A model generated the notes under the pieces. That model did no database searches. It saw nothing but the letters and a program-made list of their open reading frames with translations, and was not told the DNA's origin. The position numbers were made by a program, and so were the translations under genes. DNA of 64,000 nucleotides from Asterias rubens. Lineage: Eukaryota. How positions within the stretch are numbered: position 1 is the first letter of the stretch; every line of letters begins with the position of its first letter. Shown here in pieces: positions 45,901 to 59,400 of this stretch. The DNA lies in NCBI RefSeq assembly GCF_902459465.1, contig NC_047074.1, positions 13,268,001 through 13,332,000 of the forward strand. The letters are read 5' to 3'.

Positions 45901-48900
45901 CTTATGTTGTCGTAGAGTGTTATACATATATATACTCTACAGTGTAGTGCATATGGAATTAAGCATTAATTATGCACTATATAAATCTAAAGTTATTACT
46001 ATTGTATGAGAGACTCATTGGACTTTAATAGACTGAGAGAAAATTACTGGATATGCTGAACTGGAGATGTTTGGGGACGCTTTTGGATGTTTTTACCACT
46101 TCGGATGATCCCTGCCAGGACCATAAAGTTTCCTGGGAACAATGCTCTTTGTATTTGTGTAGCACTCAAGCCCTTCCACCACAATAAAGTTGCGATCCTT
46201 AGACTCTGAGAACAATGACAGATTCTTCCAAAGGATAAGTAACTTTTAAAAGTCACTGTACGGCCGAGACACAGTAAAAGAAACCATCACAAAGAAATAT
46301 ATAACTAATCTTGTGTTTTGTTTCCTATTTCTGCATAAATCTTGCAGGCTCACTTCATACTGTCTCTTCCAGAAATCTCACCTTTAACTAAGACGCTGGT
46401 GTATCTGAACCTGTCGTTTAATGATCTCAGGGTAAGTCTACACCTATTAAAGCCTACACCATGCATACATGTAGGTAAGCTCATGCACACCATGTGTTCC
46501 CTGCTTTTTCCCACTGACTTAATATCATGCTTGTATTAAGAATAAAACAAAAGTATTGTGAAAGTTTTGTGCAAGCGTGAAAGTATTTATAAGCTCTGTA
46601 AATTAACATCTATTACTGCAAACTTCTTCCATTTTCTGATTATTAATGCACTGGTCGATATCCATGTCCCGAACAGGTGTTTCCCCAGGAGTTGTTGACA
46701 CTGAGGTGCTTAGAGGTCTTGAAGCTGAGGAATAACCCCCTGAAGGAACTACCTCTTGAGATACACCGCCTTACGAAACTAAGAACCCTTGTTGTCTCCT
46801 TCAACCTCTTAACGTCGTTACCACCAAGGTAAGAGCACACCCTTTCCCTTTAATTTTCTTACTGTAAAATAAAAATTTGCTGAGGTGTAAGCATATTTCA
46901 AGAAAACTTGCGCGTTCACCATGGATTTGCATTGTGACGCCGTTAATTTTTGTGTGCTTATGGTAAGCAACGCTATGAAAAGGAAACTCGCACAGTAAGC
47001 ACAACAAGCAGCTCGTAGCCTGAAAGCACAAAAACTTGCTTAACACAAAAAGCGTTTTTTCTTGCTCTCGTTAACTAAAGACAATATTAACTTGAGAAAC
47101 GAAAAATGTGACCTGACTTTTTCATTGATCTTTATGTATGAGAGGACGATCTTGCCACTTTTGTTTTTTGTAGTGCAAGCCTCTTGTGGTCACTTTGCTC
47201 TCTAAAAAGTTTATAAAGCCCATTGTTTCTATTTTTCCAACAGCTTGTTCACCATCCCACTACAGTTTTTGGACCTTTCCTATAACAAGCTGAGCTTCTT
47301 GCCGAGTGAGATACGACATCTCAAGTAAGTATGTCGAGTTTTGTACCTGAAAGGAAGAGTTTCGGGATGCTAGGTGGCTGGCAGCAGACTTCAAGTAATC
47401 GATTATTCTTGGAAACATACACTTGCTCAGAATTACATAAAAATACCAGCCAGTCAATTTCACCAAACTCTTCTTAACTTTGGGTTAATCTTAGGACTTT
47501 GGTTAAGTTCCGCATCCAAAGACGTTAGGACACATGCAACCCACCTTAGGATAAGGTACTCTTCTTTACTTGAGATAGGATTAATCCTAGCATTTCGTGA
47601 TTCGGCTGCAGTCTAATAAAAATGAAGAACAATTATTTCTAGTAATCTATGTTGAACTTGCAGGTCAACCCTTCGTGAGTTGAATCTAGAAGGGAACCAG
47701 CTCCCTGGTATGCCGTGCTCCGCCCTGAAGTTGAGGAAATTACGCTACCTGAGGGTAACCAATAATTTCATGCATCCACTCTTCTGGAAAGAGAACAGCC
47801 GAAATGAACCACAGGTGAGATACCTTTTGCTGTTTGAGATACATTTCATGGAAGTTATCTTAAAGGCACTTGACACTATTAGTGATTACTCGAATTAATT
47901 GTTAGCATGAAAACTTACAGCTATTTATAGTGTAAAACATTGTGAGAAATGACACTCTTTGAAGTAACTTTTGAGAAAGAGGTTATTTCTCACTCAAATA
48001 TTTCAATCTGAGAAAGACTTTATGGCTGAAGCCTTTGTGCAACAAAAGTGTGTTTTTTCTCATTATTTTCTTGCACTTTCGAAAAGAAAGGAAGAAGAAA
48101 AATAGCAGGGAAGGGGGGAAGGCAGTAAAAAATCCAGATTTCATATGAACTTTTGGCTTCTTGAAAACACTGTTATTCATTTGTTTTTTTCCGGATGCCA
48201 GTGCACTGCGAAGGCTTTTTCGAATACTTCATCAACCTCTTCCCTTTGCAGGTACCATTTTATACTCCTGAGTGAAGAGAAGCATAAGTGAAGTGTCTTG
48301 CTCAATGATAAAAGTGTCATGACCGGGATTCAAACCCACACCCTGATGACAGAACATGATTCGATGCTCTTAACCGCTCGGCCATGACACCCTGTTCATT
48401 CGTATTTTTGTTTTGTTTTACAGAGGCTCTTAGATCTGTCTGCGCTCACAGTGAAACACTGCAACCTGGATGGGAACTCTCGTGCTTTGCCAGATTTCCT
48501 TTGCTCTGTTCTAGACAGGTAAGTAAAAACTTTTGTATCAAAGTTTTGCTACACAGGACAAGTTAGTCAGCACATATGCCACGATATCCCAAGTTGGACC
48601 TGCACATTCTAGAATATGTCATGTACAAAACTGTTTTGTCAATTGTCAATGGTAGATGAAACCAAATCATAAAACTTAGTCAAGCAAACACATAAGCTAC
48701 GAGAAAACTAAACAGTATCCTTAGCACTACTTTCTTAAACATGTATGTTTCTTTTCCTGCAGCTATACTATATGCGATTGCTGTCAGGGGCCTTTATACG
48801 GGCCAGGCCTGCGAGTGATCCGTCCGTGCAGCAAGGCATTCGGCGTGCGCAAGTTGCCGTTCATCTTCAATTGTTGTTCACCATACTGTCGGGATACATT

Positions 48901-48952
48901 CAACTCCAGTGTGGAGTCACTCACCCAGATGCTGTATTGGGAGGACGATTGA
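42985..48952 (+). CDS. LRRC63: Leucine-rich repeat-containing protein 63-like (start codon/first exon unresolved)
   Basis: Exons 42985-43738, 44533-44755, 45124-45209, 45515-45600, 46348-46431, 46677-46828, 47244-47324, 47664-47814, 48424-48518 and 48763-48952 join in phase. Matches LRRC63 motifs: LLRRPL, ELAILDCLVNGGLALSLK, LVYLNLSFNDL, LKLRNNPLKELP, NNFMHPLFW and the C-terminal CDCCQGPLYGPGLRVIR...CCSPYC. Confidence 0.88.
43942..44184. mobile_element. Harbinger-like MITE (GGGTGCGTTCGTTTAGCTTCC TIRs)
   Basis: 21-bp near-perfect TIRs with a 3-bp ATT direct repeat on both sides. Confidence 0.8.
47860..48080. mobile_element. MITE family A, partial copy
   Basis: Starts TTAAAGGCACTTGACACTATT; 3' truncated. 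Confidence 0.7.
48195..48390 (-). mobile_element. CORE-type SINE; second copy at ~49083-49350
   Basis: GTGTCTTGCTCAA(G)GA segment (reverse of the CORE-like TCCTTGAGCAAGACAC) and a B-box (GGATTCGAACCC) on the minus strand. Confidence 0.6.
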
Positions 48953-49933
48953 TGAATAGTCGGGTTCCTTGGAGCTGGAATTAAGGAGGCAACTTCTAAG
49001 GGATGATTAATTGGGATAAGACGGTCTTGAAAGTTCTTTAGGGGACAACATTAATAATACCCTTTTTTATTACCCTTGGTCACTGGGCCGTTTTCATTCC
49101 TTAAACCATCTCAGCTCCCTGGGGAGTATACAGCCTGTGCAACAAATATGCGCTACTCGGCTAAATCAATCACAAGAACCATCTCTGCCCTCATAGGTAC
49201 GGATTTACCCCTGGATGGAGAGAAGCAATTATAGTCAAGTGTCTTGCTCAAGGACTCAGTGTAATGACCGAGTGATTCGAACCCACAATCTGCTGAGCAG
49301 AAAAACCAGAGCTTGAGTTCCATGCTCTTAATCACTCGGCCAAGACACCTTAAGAGGGAATGGTTTAGTATAATTTGATGGGAAGGCACAAGAGGCAACA
49401 TGGGTTAGGGAGAGGTATAAATTTTAAGTCATTTAAGTTTTCGCAACCAGCAGTTGATCAAATCCAGTTTTGTTACTTTGTCACTTTGCGTAAATGTATG
49501 CAAGTAATTTGATTACTCAACCCTAAGAGAAAAAAATAAACAAAATAAAAGAACAACATTTGAAAAGATTTATAGTCACAATATTTGATTTGATTTGAAA
49601 TCGTTTATTAAAATAAAAATCATTCTCAATTACATGGTTTGTACAAGTTTTAAAACATTAAAACACATTATAGAAGTTTCAAGTGAAAGAAACATTAAAA
49701 TAATTTAGACATTAACATCAAGGGTAAAAAAAGGAAAAAATAAAATTACTTGCATTCCAGTAAGTTAAGAAAATATGATACAAAGGCAACGGAACAGAAA
49801 AATGGGAGTGGGACTCCCTAAGAAAAATAAGATCTTTACAAAAACAATTTTGATTACTTTATGAACAGTGTAAATAAAACATTTAAATTTGTATGATTGA
49901 TAAAAACAAAATTACTTTGTCCTTTTTTATGCA

Positions 49934-52900
49934 TCACTTTTCTGTGATCTTGAGATGCTCTTTAAAGAAGACTATCAAATCTTGGAAAATTTTCTCCCCA
50001 ACCTCGAATACAAGTGGCCATGTTGGTCCGAGAACACCATGGAAACCTCCAATATAATGTTCCCATCTAACGGGAACGCCAGCTTCCCGTAGCCTGAGTG
50101 CATAGAACGCCCCATGGTCTCGAATTGGATCAAACTCACAAGTTGCTAAAAAAGTTGGCGGCAGCCCTTTCATGTCCGTTCTCAGAAGTGGACTGGCTCG
50201 CTGGTCTAGAATTAACTCTTGCAGCTGCTCCCATACTGCATCATCACCCCTCTGCTCATCAACATTCGGCGCTTTATAACTACCGTAATCTTGCATTCCC
50301 AGAGGAAGTAAGGTGTGATTGACGTACTGCGCCAAAGGAGACTCGCGCTTAAAAGTTACTGATGTGTGCGTGTTGTCGATGAGGGCGTCCACAACGCGCT
50401 GCTCTGATCTTCCTAAGAAATAAAGACAAGTGAATTCGCCTGCCTCTTGCCACGTGACTATAGAACCATCCATTCCAAACAGTGACTTGGACAACATTGA
50501 ACCTGGCGTATGGTTATCAATGAACTGGGTGAGTGGGTAGATCAGCGCCTGGAAGGCGAAGTCTGGATAGCGCCCGTCGTCGTGTAAGATTTGAGACACC
50601 GATGCGGTGAGTGTACCACCGGCACTGTCCCCTGCGATGCCGATTCGCGAACGGTCCACGTTGAAGTCTTCGGCGTGGTCCATGAACCATCTGGAGGCAG
50701 TTATGCAATCTTCGAATGCAGCTGGGAATGGATGCTCCGGGGCCAACCTGTAACTATAACCAATTGCAGAATGATATTGAGGAACATGCCACTTTTAACC
50801 CTGACATTCACCCAAGCTTAACCCTAGCTTAAAATTATGCCCGTCCCCCACTCAATAAAGCCATTTGCAAGTTAGAGATGATTCAATTTCTGATACAAAG
50901 ACTTGATTATACCCACAAGTTATCCGCTTAAATTTGAATACCTCTGACTAATAATGAGACGACTGCCATGTGACACGATTCGGGCAAGTTTTTGCGTAGC
51001 TATAGGCTACAAGACAGTTTGTTGCCAACCTGGAGGTTGCTATACAAAAGATTGCTCCGAACCATTTGACATAGCAACTGTTTCTAAAATTGTCCGAGGA
51101 ATCCAAATTTAAGCGGTAACTTGTGACCAAGCAAGTCGATGCACAGACGAATTAAATTAGACTTGCAAGTGGCTTATTGCTAAAGATAAATAGTTTGTAA
51201 TAAAATTAGTCTTCTTCGTTTCAAGTCGTTTCTCTGTGAAAATACTTACTCTATGGACACAACCACGCTGTCCAGCTCTTCTGCAAACCGCCTCGTCATC
51301 ATATCAAACATATCTACACACACAAAAAACCGTCAAGATTCCAAGTTTACATTTTTGTCAAAAATTAAAAGAGGATTCGTGCTACCGCGGGCTAGTGAAA
51401 ATAATAATTTTTTCTTCTGGATTTTAATTTGTTCTTTTGCTATAGGCTGTGTGTATTGAAGACCTGACAGATCGTCAATCGTGTTATTGATCGCGTATCC
51501 ATCGTAAACATAAACAAAAACTTCCTGATCCATCACTTGTCAATTTGCACTGATAATTAAGGAACAATCCTTTCTAAAAAAGAACATCTCAGAGACATGT
51601 TTGTTTATTTGTTTGCACTGATTGTAAGACTTTGACAGTGCCTGGTCGCGGGTTCGAACCCCGCCCCAGAGAACTGCCCGAACTCAATCCTAACAGCCAC
51701 TATGCCATTTTTTATTTTTTTCAAATCTCATGATTCAATTTTGCTTCCCTCACCGGCACTTCCCAAAACGAATGCACCACCGTGTATAAACACCAGCGCC
51801 GGTCCCAGTCCAGGCTGCTTCTCGATTGGCTCGTAGAGACGAACTTTGACCCCACCAAAGGTCGTGACCGATGACCGGATGTTGGACCCTGGTACTTCTC
51901 GTTGACATTTTGGCAAAGCGTTCTCGATGAGTGAGCGAAACGGGATGATATAATGCGAGGACGTGAAGAGGGAGATCACGGAGGCCTTCCATAAAAATAA
52001 GAATATTGAAAACTTATAAAGCTGACAAATCTTTTTGCTCACGGCGCTTAATATAAACAAAGATGTACACTAACTACAATTTAACCATAAGTCTAAGCTA
52101 AGAATAAATCCAGAACGTGTAGTAGAGAACTACAATACAAAATGCAATATCTAAGAAAACATCAAAGAGTAAAGAAAACCCTCAAACATTTTCTCATTTA
52201 CTTGATTGATATTGGGTTTTAGGAAACATATTATGATAGTGCAGGCATAATGATAATTATAGTGGAATGGTCCAGAAGAGTATCAGCACAAAAAAAGGAG
52301 AAAAAGGGAACTGACATCCTCTCTAAATAGATAGTGATGTGATCCAATCTAGGACATCAAGTACGTTCAAATTGATCTGGGCACTGGTAAAACAATTAAA
52401 TGCACCACGTTGAAAGGGGTTTAAATAAATGTTTCGGGAAGTCAAATATATTATTTGAAAAGATACAAAACCCGATCTATAGCATACCATGTCGGTGACC
52501 AAACGTTTTGCACCGTCAAAACATTTGTATTGCCAGGGGTTGACGATACCATTCGGTGTAGGGGAGTTCATGTAGTAAGCAATGACGAGGACCCATGCCA
52601 GTAGGATAAAGGATGCAACAGTCCGCAATGTAAAGAACGTTGTGCTCGAAGGCAATCTGACAACGGAACAAAACAATTTTGACAATTTCACGATGACACA
52701 TTTTTTTTTTTTTTTTTATATTAAAAGCAAACCGTACAGGAGGTAAAATTTGACTGGTAGCCACAAGTTTTCCAACGTGTTTTTCTCATTGGGTTTTATC
52801 TCTGTGGGACATGGGTTGTTGCCGAAAACGAAAAGAGCAACAAATTTCAAATTGAATGTTTGTAAATACATTGTGTTTACATTACATTGTATTGTACATT

Positions 52901-54535
52901 ACATTGTACTGCGTAATGGTATATGTAAATAAACAAGAACTTGAAACTTGAACCTGCAATTAGTCATACAATTTTAATGACAGTCAAAGTGAATATTTTT
53001 TTTAATTTCTTTTATTATTCTTCGGACAAAACAATACAACAAGCACAGGCCGTCCAGGGAAGGGCAAAAGTTACAAAAAAACTGTAATAAAAAAAGAAAG
53101 GCCCTCCCAGACAGCAGGCATGCAACTGCCCGATGAAAAAAAAAGAGGAAACTTTTCGAGACCCACAATGGTACCCTAAAAAGTGTTGAGGTTTTTTATG
53201 CTCGTAGGATCAATCTTAGCATGTACATGTATGACAAAGACAAAGTGAAGTGTTTTATACAACTAAAATAACATGAAAAAACACCTTGCCTATGTATGCA
53301 CCGTAATTCTAAGGTGGCAAAGCATCGGGAGTTGATTAAGTTGAGGAAAACTAACTATTGTTTCCCAGGTAATTATGAAATTTGCAGAAAATTATTATTC
53401 CCCCCCCCCAAAAAAAAAAAAAAAAAAAATCAGATTTTTTTTTGGTTTTTGTGGGGGGGGGGGGGAATAATAATTTTATGCAAATTTCATAACTACCTGG
53501 GAAACGATAGTTAGTTTTACTCAACTTAATCAACTCCCGATGCTTTGCCGCCTTACAATGTTCGGTGAGAGCCACTTGTTCCCGCTTGCCGTCTTGCACA
53601 TCACACAATATGCCATTCCTGGCTTGTCCACTTTCCGGACGGTTTCGGAGAGCAGTTTACCGTCTACGTCTTATTTTTCCAACCAGAACCACTTCCAGGT
53701 ATTTTTTACTCCTTTATCTATGGCTTTAATTTGGCCAGGTACCACTCGGTCCCGCTCTAAAATATCTTTTCTTTTGGATGTCATTTTGACGGACGTTTGA
53801 AAATGCGACTGTTTCGTAGCGCAATGCAATGTGAGACTCGCACACAGCACAGCAGATACATGTACGTTTGGTAACTAACTCACACACACATACATACATG
53901 TACAATACGTGTATACTATTGCAAAATAGCGGGACCAGACGAAGACATGACCTCATTTCAAGGCTGTATAATAACTTGGTTTAGCACACAACTCGCCTGC
54001 GCCACGGGGTGCGTTCCACTGTTCCAGATTTTTCGACCGTACACACGGCTATTAATGACCGCACGCAGTGTGTAAACGTATGCATTGCTTGTTGTGGGCT
54101 TTAGATTGACCATGCAGTAGAATGGATTGCGTGCCGCGGCAGAGGCCAGACCATGCGTTACGATGCATTGTTGTAATTGTCTTAAGATCGCGCTAACCGC
54201 GGAATGTTTTTCTTAGCGCTAATCAGTTTTTTAAAAAGCTCATAAAAAGTTCACATTTATATACTAAACATTAAACATTATCAAATTGCAGTAAAAATTA
54301 AAACAAAAGATGCCAAGTAAAAAACAATATTAAGTGCCAGTGGACGAGCCTCCTGGCGAGCCTTTTATGTAACAAATTGTGCCAAATTATTTAGGATGAG
54401 TTCCGAGGAAATCATTGTAAAAGAATAGACGTGGCTGTTCTAATGTAATGTAATGTGGAAGGAATCATACAGTTAAATTAAGAAAAAAATAATTTAGTTG
54501 GCTTACCTTTTTGAGCCGGAGGTTGCGCTCTTCAT
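49934..54535 (-). CDS. Arylacetamide deacetylase/NCEH1-like HSL-family esterase, paralog 1 (~437 aa)
   Basis: Exons 54535-54507 (MKSATSGSK), 52656-52488 (TM anchor), 51985-51754 (IHGGAF), 51313-51250 and 50753-49934 (YRLAPEHPFP, GDSAG, EFDPIRD, FHG). All phases are consistent and the catalytic Ser/Asp/His are intact. Confidence 0.93.
53310..53555. repeat. ~120-bp-arm fold-back palindrome with a 1-nt spacer
   Basis: The left arm (53310-53430) is the reverse complement of the right arm (53432-53555), apart from a few substitutions and homopolymer length differences. Confidence 0.92.
53495..53784 (-). mobile_element. Transposase 5' remnant (zinc-finger region) in AADAC paralog 1 intron 1
   Basis: MTSKRKDIL...IDKGVKNTWKWFWLEK*DVDG...KPGMAYCVMCK..(frameshift)..ALTEHCKAAKH, a C2H2/BED-like pattern typical of hAT-type transposases. 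Confidence 0.65.
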
Positions 54536-56465
54536 GATTGATTGCTTTGCGACAGCAAAAAGGGTCAAAATAAGACAGTGGAATGTTGACGTTGTTTCCT
54601 TGACATGCCTTGTAGATTCTATTTCTTGAGATTGCAAGATGTCGCTGGGCCAACACGCAACTAAGTCCCAAGCAGTGTTGATGATGCGTTATGGTGTTTA
54701 AATACTTTCCCACACGAAGGTTTTTGAGGTTAGAGCTGATAGAACAATGGGTCGGATAAGGTGATTTAGAGGTCTGCTCTGTTATTATCTACAGCCCAGG
54801 TTCGTTGATCTGTTATTGCACTTTTGATCAGATTGTAAACCCAGTTTGTTCAATGTCCAAGGTGTGATACGTGTAGAACCGTGTTGTAAAATGGAGACAT
54901 GATGGTTTTATGCATCGATAACTAGACTGAAAAGTTATCGACTCCAAATGGAGGCCAAAGTTATGTAACAGTGCTTTAGTCTGGCAAGTCTTCATTCGAG
55001 CGTGAAATACTACAACCGTGGACAGTGCCTCCTCTCGCAGCTGCGTGCTCAAAGCCAACCCTTTCCTCACGCTATTATAGACACACTACCTTTCTGGTGG
55101 AAATAAGTTAGCAATACTAGATGGGTGAAAACAGATCGTCAAGCGCATTCAACTATAAAGGCCCGCAAAATATGCTATATTTGACAGAGTTTTGTATGTG
55201 AAAAATGTTCTTGTTTTCTAATTCATGTTAATATATTTAAATATAAAAAAGGGAACGGAGGGGGGGGGGGGGGGGCTCTACTTAACTCTGCTTTGCCTTC
55301 TGGAGACCCCCCCCCCCCCTTCCACATGAACCCATGATGGTTAAAGTATTATTGCTATGGTAAAAACTATTACTTAATGAAACCATCTCTTATGTTGTTT
55401 GATATCAAGGCTATATATTGTCATGATTTTATGCAGATTTGAGATTTCGAAAAAGGGATATACTGTGTAGTTAATAATTGCCCGATTATGACATGGGGGT
55501 CGTTGACTTTCACTTTGAGGTTTTGTGGGTGGCATAGGCCCTGAAAAAGTGGTCCTTTATTTGGCGGGGGTGGTAGGGACATTATTTTTTCAAGATTGAT
55601 GCTCTGACGTTTCTGACGTCAACCAAGAACTATCATTAGCTTAAAGTTTTGCGCGGCGCGTACACGCCTCTATGCATGTGTGTGTTGTTTGACCTCAGCA
55701 TAAAATAATGGCGGACAATGCACGATGAGGGGAGGGGGGTCTAAGTTCACGATGAGGGGGTGAAGGGGGTCTGCACCCCAGTAAATAAGGAGAAAACAGA
55801 GCGTCGAGCTCGTTCATCTTTTGTAGGCCTATTATGCTTTCATTTAAAGTATTGCAAGAAAAATCCGCCTATACGATTTAAAAGGGGTAGTTAGTCAATA
55901 AAAAAAAGAGATTATCCCACGTCCATCAGTGTACAGAAAATGCAAAAGTTTGCGTGTGTTTATTTCGTTTTAAAATAGCACAAGTCAGTAATTTGTTCTA
56001 AACATTTTTGTTTTCATACAAAAACCGCTTTCTTCCAGCAAATATCGGGCCGTGCAACCTTAAAAAACACCCTTTAAACTGCATTTTTCACAAACGACTT
56101 TTGTTTGATTAGCACCATGTCACGTGGTCTCCAAATTAACTTCATATTTGGCAGTGGTGCCAAAATGTCATACTACGGTATGACAGTAAATAAAATATAT
56201 TTATAGTTTATTGAAAGAGATTATAATCTGTCATCATCGGGTCAAAATGATATTACAGCCTTGATTTGTTTCCCTGACCCTATGGGTCCATAATTGTAAA
56301 TAACGTACGTCAGTTCTCGAGCACGCTGTTCCAAAGTGATCATCATCAAATCTACTACTAGTGGTACTGTTTACTTGTTGCTTGCCAAATGATAGCATTG
56401 TATTAAAGAATACATTTTGTACAAGTCGGAGAGGAGACTACATGAATCATAGACTTACGTAGGGA

Positions 56466-59400
56466 ATGATGATACATCTGTGGCAACGTGACCGTTCCAT
56501 TCACCAAAATAGGTAAGTAGAAGAAGAACAAAACTTATTCACAAACTTGTACTTCGATGTATTGATCATCAGCACCATCATCATAATTTCAATTCATTTC
56601 ATTTCATGTATCTATTATGGTTGTGAAGTCAAGAACTCTCAGATAAGCGAACTTGGCCTTTTCGAGATAATGGCTGACACAGCGCTACAACATTACTAGG
56701 TTAATGTAAATATGTCTGTAGACACCCAAGCCAACCAGTGCACTCCTATAGTGTTCACCATAATATCTCAAGATAGCTTAAGGATAGAAGATGATTGTTT
56801 ATGGTTTATGGTTTATTAAAAAACATTCAATAATTTGCGGTCCAATTTTCCAATGTTTCTGCAAAAAATACTAATCACTGTATATTGTTCATGGGTTTTT
56901 GTAAATGCACGCAATGTCATATAGCAGTGATGCAAGTGGTAACCATCTCCATTAAAATAATCTGCAACCTCCTAATGTAGAATATGATTTCAATTTGTTT
57001 GGCAAGACTGCATGGCTATACAACAGCTTTCAAAAAACTATGTTTGGAGTTTAAACACAAATGTTGTGCAAAATTTATATTTTGTTTAAAGGATCAAGTA
57101 ACTTTTGACACAAGTATGCTCAATCTGTTTGTAGCATTCAAAGGCACACAATAATCTAAACATGTATTAGGATATACGTATACAAAAGTGGGTAGACAAA
57201 TTTGTGTTGAAATTCTAAACACTGTGTTTACACAGTCCTAATTAATATTAATATTGCCGGTTTGTTATGACTTCCTAAAATAAATTAAATACTTCCGTTA
57301 TAGAAGGCAAGGGTACCCTTATTTTCTACACCATGGTAAATTATTATGATCTGTCCTTAATTCGTTATTCATGGCTGGATTTACGCAACCGTTACATTAT
57401 AAAGACGAGGTATAGTTCACTTTCAAGTGTGTGTGTGTGTGTACTGTAAACTTTATCTTAATTGATAGTGAAGTCACTATTACTAACCCCTGCTGCAGCG
57501 GTTCGGACATTTTTTGACTGCGCTCGAAAACTTTCGGGTGCTCTCGGCTCCAAAGTACACACACTGCCCTCTTTTACGGAAAAATATATGGCGCGACTTC
57601 ATTCTTCAATCTCCAGACAGCTACAGTGGTTATTTTGTCATTTTTTCCCCAGGGGTTCGCCTCACAGAATGAAACACCGAACCAACATGGGAAGAAGTGC
57701 AACATTAGTCATCGTGGTGTTTGTGGGATCGATACTTGCAGCTCACTACCTTGATTCCCCGACTCCAGAGGGCTTAAAAAACCCTTGGAAATACCGATGT
57801 TTTGTGGGTGGCAAGAGAATGGTGACCGATATTGTAAGTTTCAATTAAACTCGTAACTTTTAAAAACAAATTAATTAAAGGAAATCGTCGTTGATGCTTT
57901 AGTTATTCATTCCTAATTGATAATCTATTCAATAATATGTTAAATTTGCCTCGGGGATAAAGAATATTAATTTTGGTTTTTACCCATACACCGATGTGTG
58001 TTAGCACTGCCTTCCTATGTTACTGTATACAGTGCTTATCACACATCAGTGTATGGGTAAAAACCAAAATCAACAATTTACTACTTCTTATGTGCCAATT
58101 AAAACGAAGAGTAGTCATGATCACTCCTAGGTCCGGTAGGATTTGAACCCGGGTCCAAGAGGTGGAAGGCGAGGTAAGACAGTATTACACCAACCTGACC
58201 ACCCGACTCGAGTCGGTGACTTGGACTCAAGTCCAACGATCTCGAGTCGGAGACTTGACTTGACTTGGAAAAATAAAATGACTTCTGAGTTTACTTGACT
58301 TGAGTAGAAATGACTTGATTAATCCATCAACAAAATGAAGGGATCACTCAGAGGTCACGGGGTCACAAACATTGAAACAGTGGAAAATTGTATAGCTGTG
58401 AAAGAACGAACATTCAACATTATTGTGTTTTTGAACAATATGATTCAAAATGTGATTTGAATGAATGGATGCCAATTTAAAAAGGCACACTTTTATCTCA
58501 GTTTGATACAACTTTGTAGATGATTACTGTGGCATGGGCATAATTTGGTTTCCTTTTGTTACTAGTTTAAAGGTTCACCTAATCAACTACACTTTGCCTT
58601 CTCGAACTCAGCAAAGATAAACCATACACGAGGGTATAAGAATTGTACTTCAACCCCGAGTGTTTCAATTGACATTCCTGAACCATTGTTGGGGAGGTTC
58701 AAGTGGGTGTCGCTCGGCCTAGGCACCCTTCAACATATTTTGAGACTATGAAAAAAAAGATTGCAAGAAGATTTCAACAACATTTCGTCGATTTTGTTCC
58801 CTCTCTCATTTTACAGGCAAATTTCCTGTCTCTCTTGACATCTTCACCCTTCATAAGGAATTTTCGAAACCTGATGGACTTTTTGGTTCAACCTACCCCG
58901 TTTGAAGTGGACGGGTCCAACATCCGGGCAACTATAACACACTTTAACGGGGTCAAAGTTCGACTTTACCAACCAATCAACCGGAAGCCTGGTACTTTGG
59001 GGCCGGCGCTGGTGTTCACACACGGTGGTGCATTTTGTATTGGGAGTGCGTGTAAGTGATAGCTCATTGAACAGATTTGAAGTCATCAAACGCATCAGAC
59101 AAAATCATTTATTGTTAGTAATTAATTTACATGATTGCATCTCTTGCCAAAAGAAAAACATTCAACAAAACAAATGGCGTTTAGAAGAACATCAGAGAAA
59201 TACACTAAAACTATCTCGTCAGCTAAGAGTAGAAATGACGAAGTCCCAATTTACTAATAAGAAAAGAAATGACTTATGAGACACAGAAAGACCCATTTAG
59301 CTTAAAGGACAAATGAGGATAGACTTTTTGTACGACAAAAAGACACAGTTTGTTCAGAACAGAAAACACTTTTAAGATACAGCAACTCAAAGGAGAAGGG

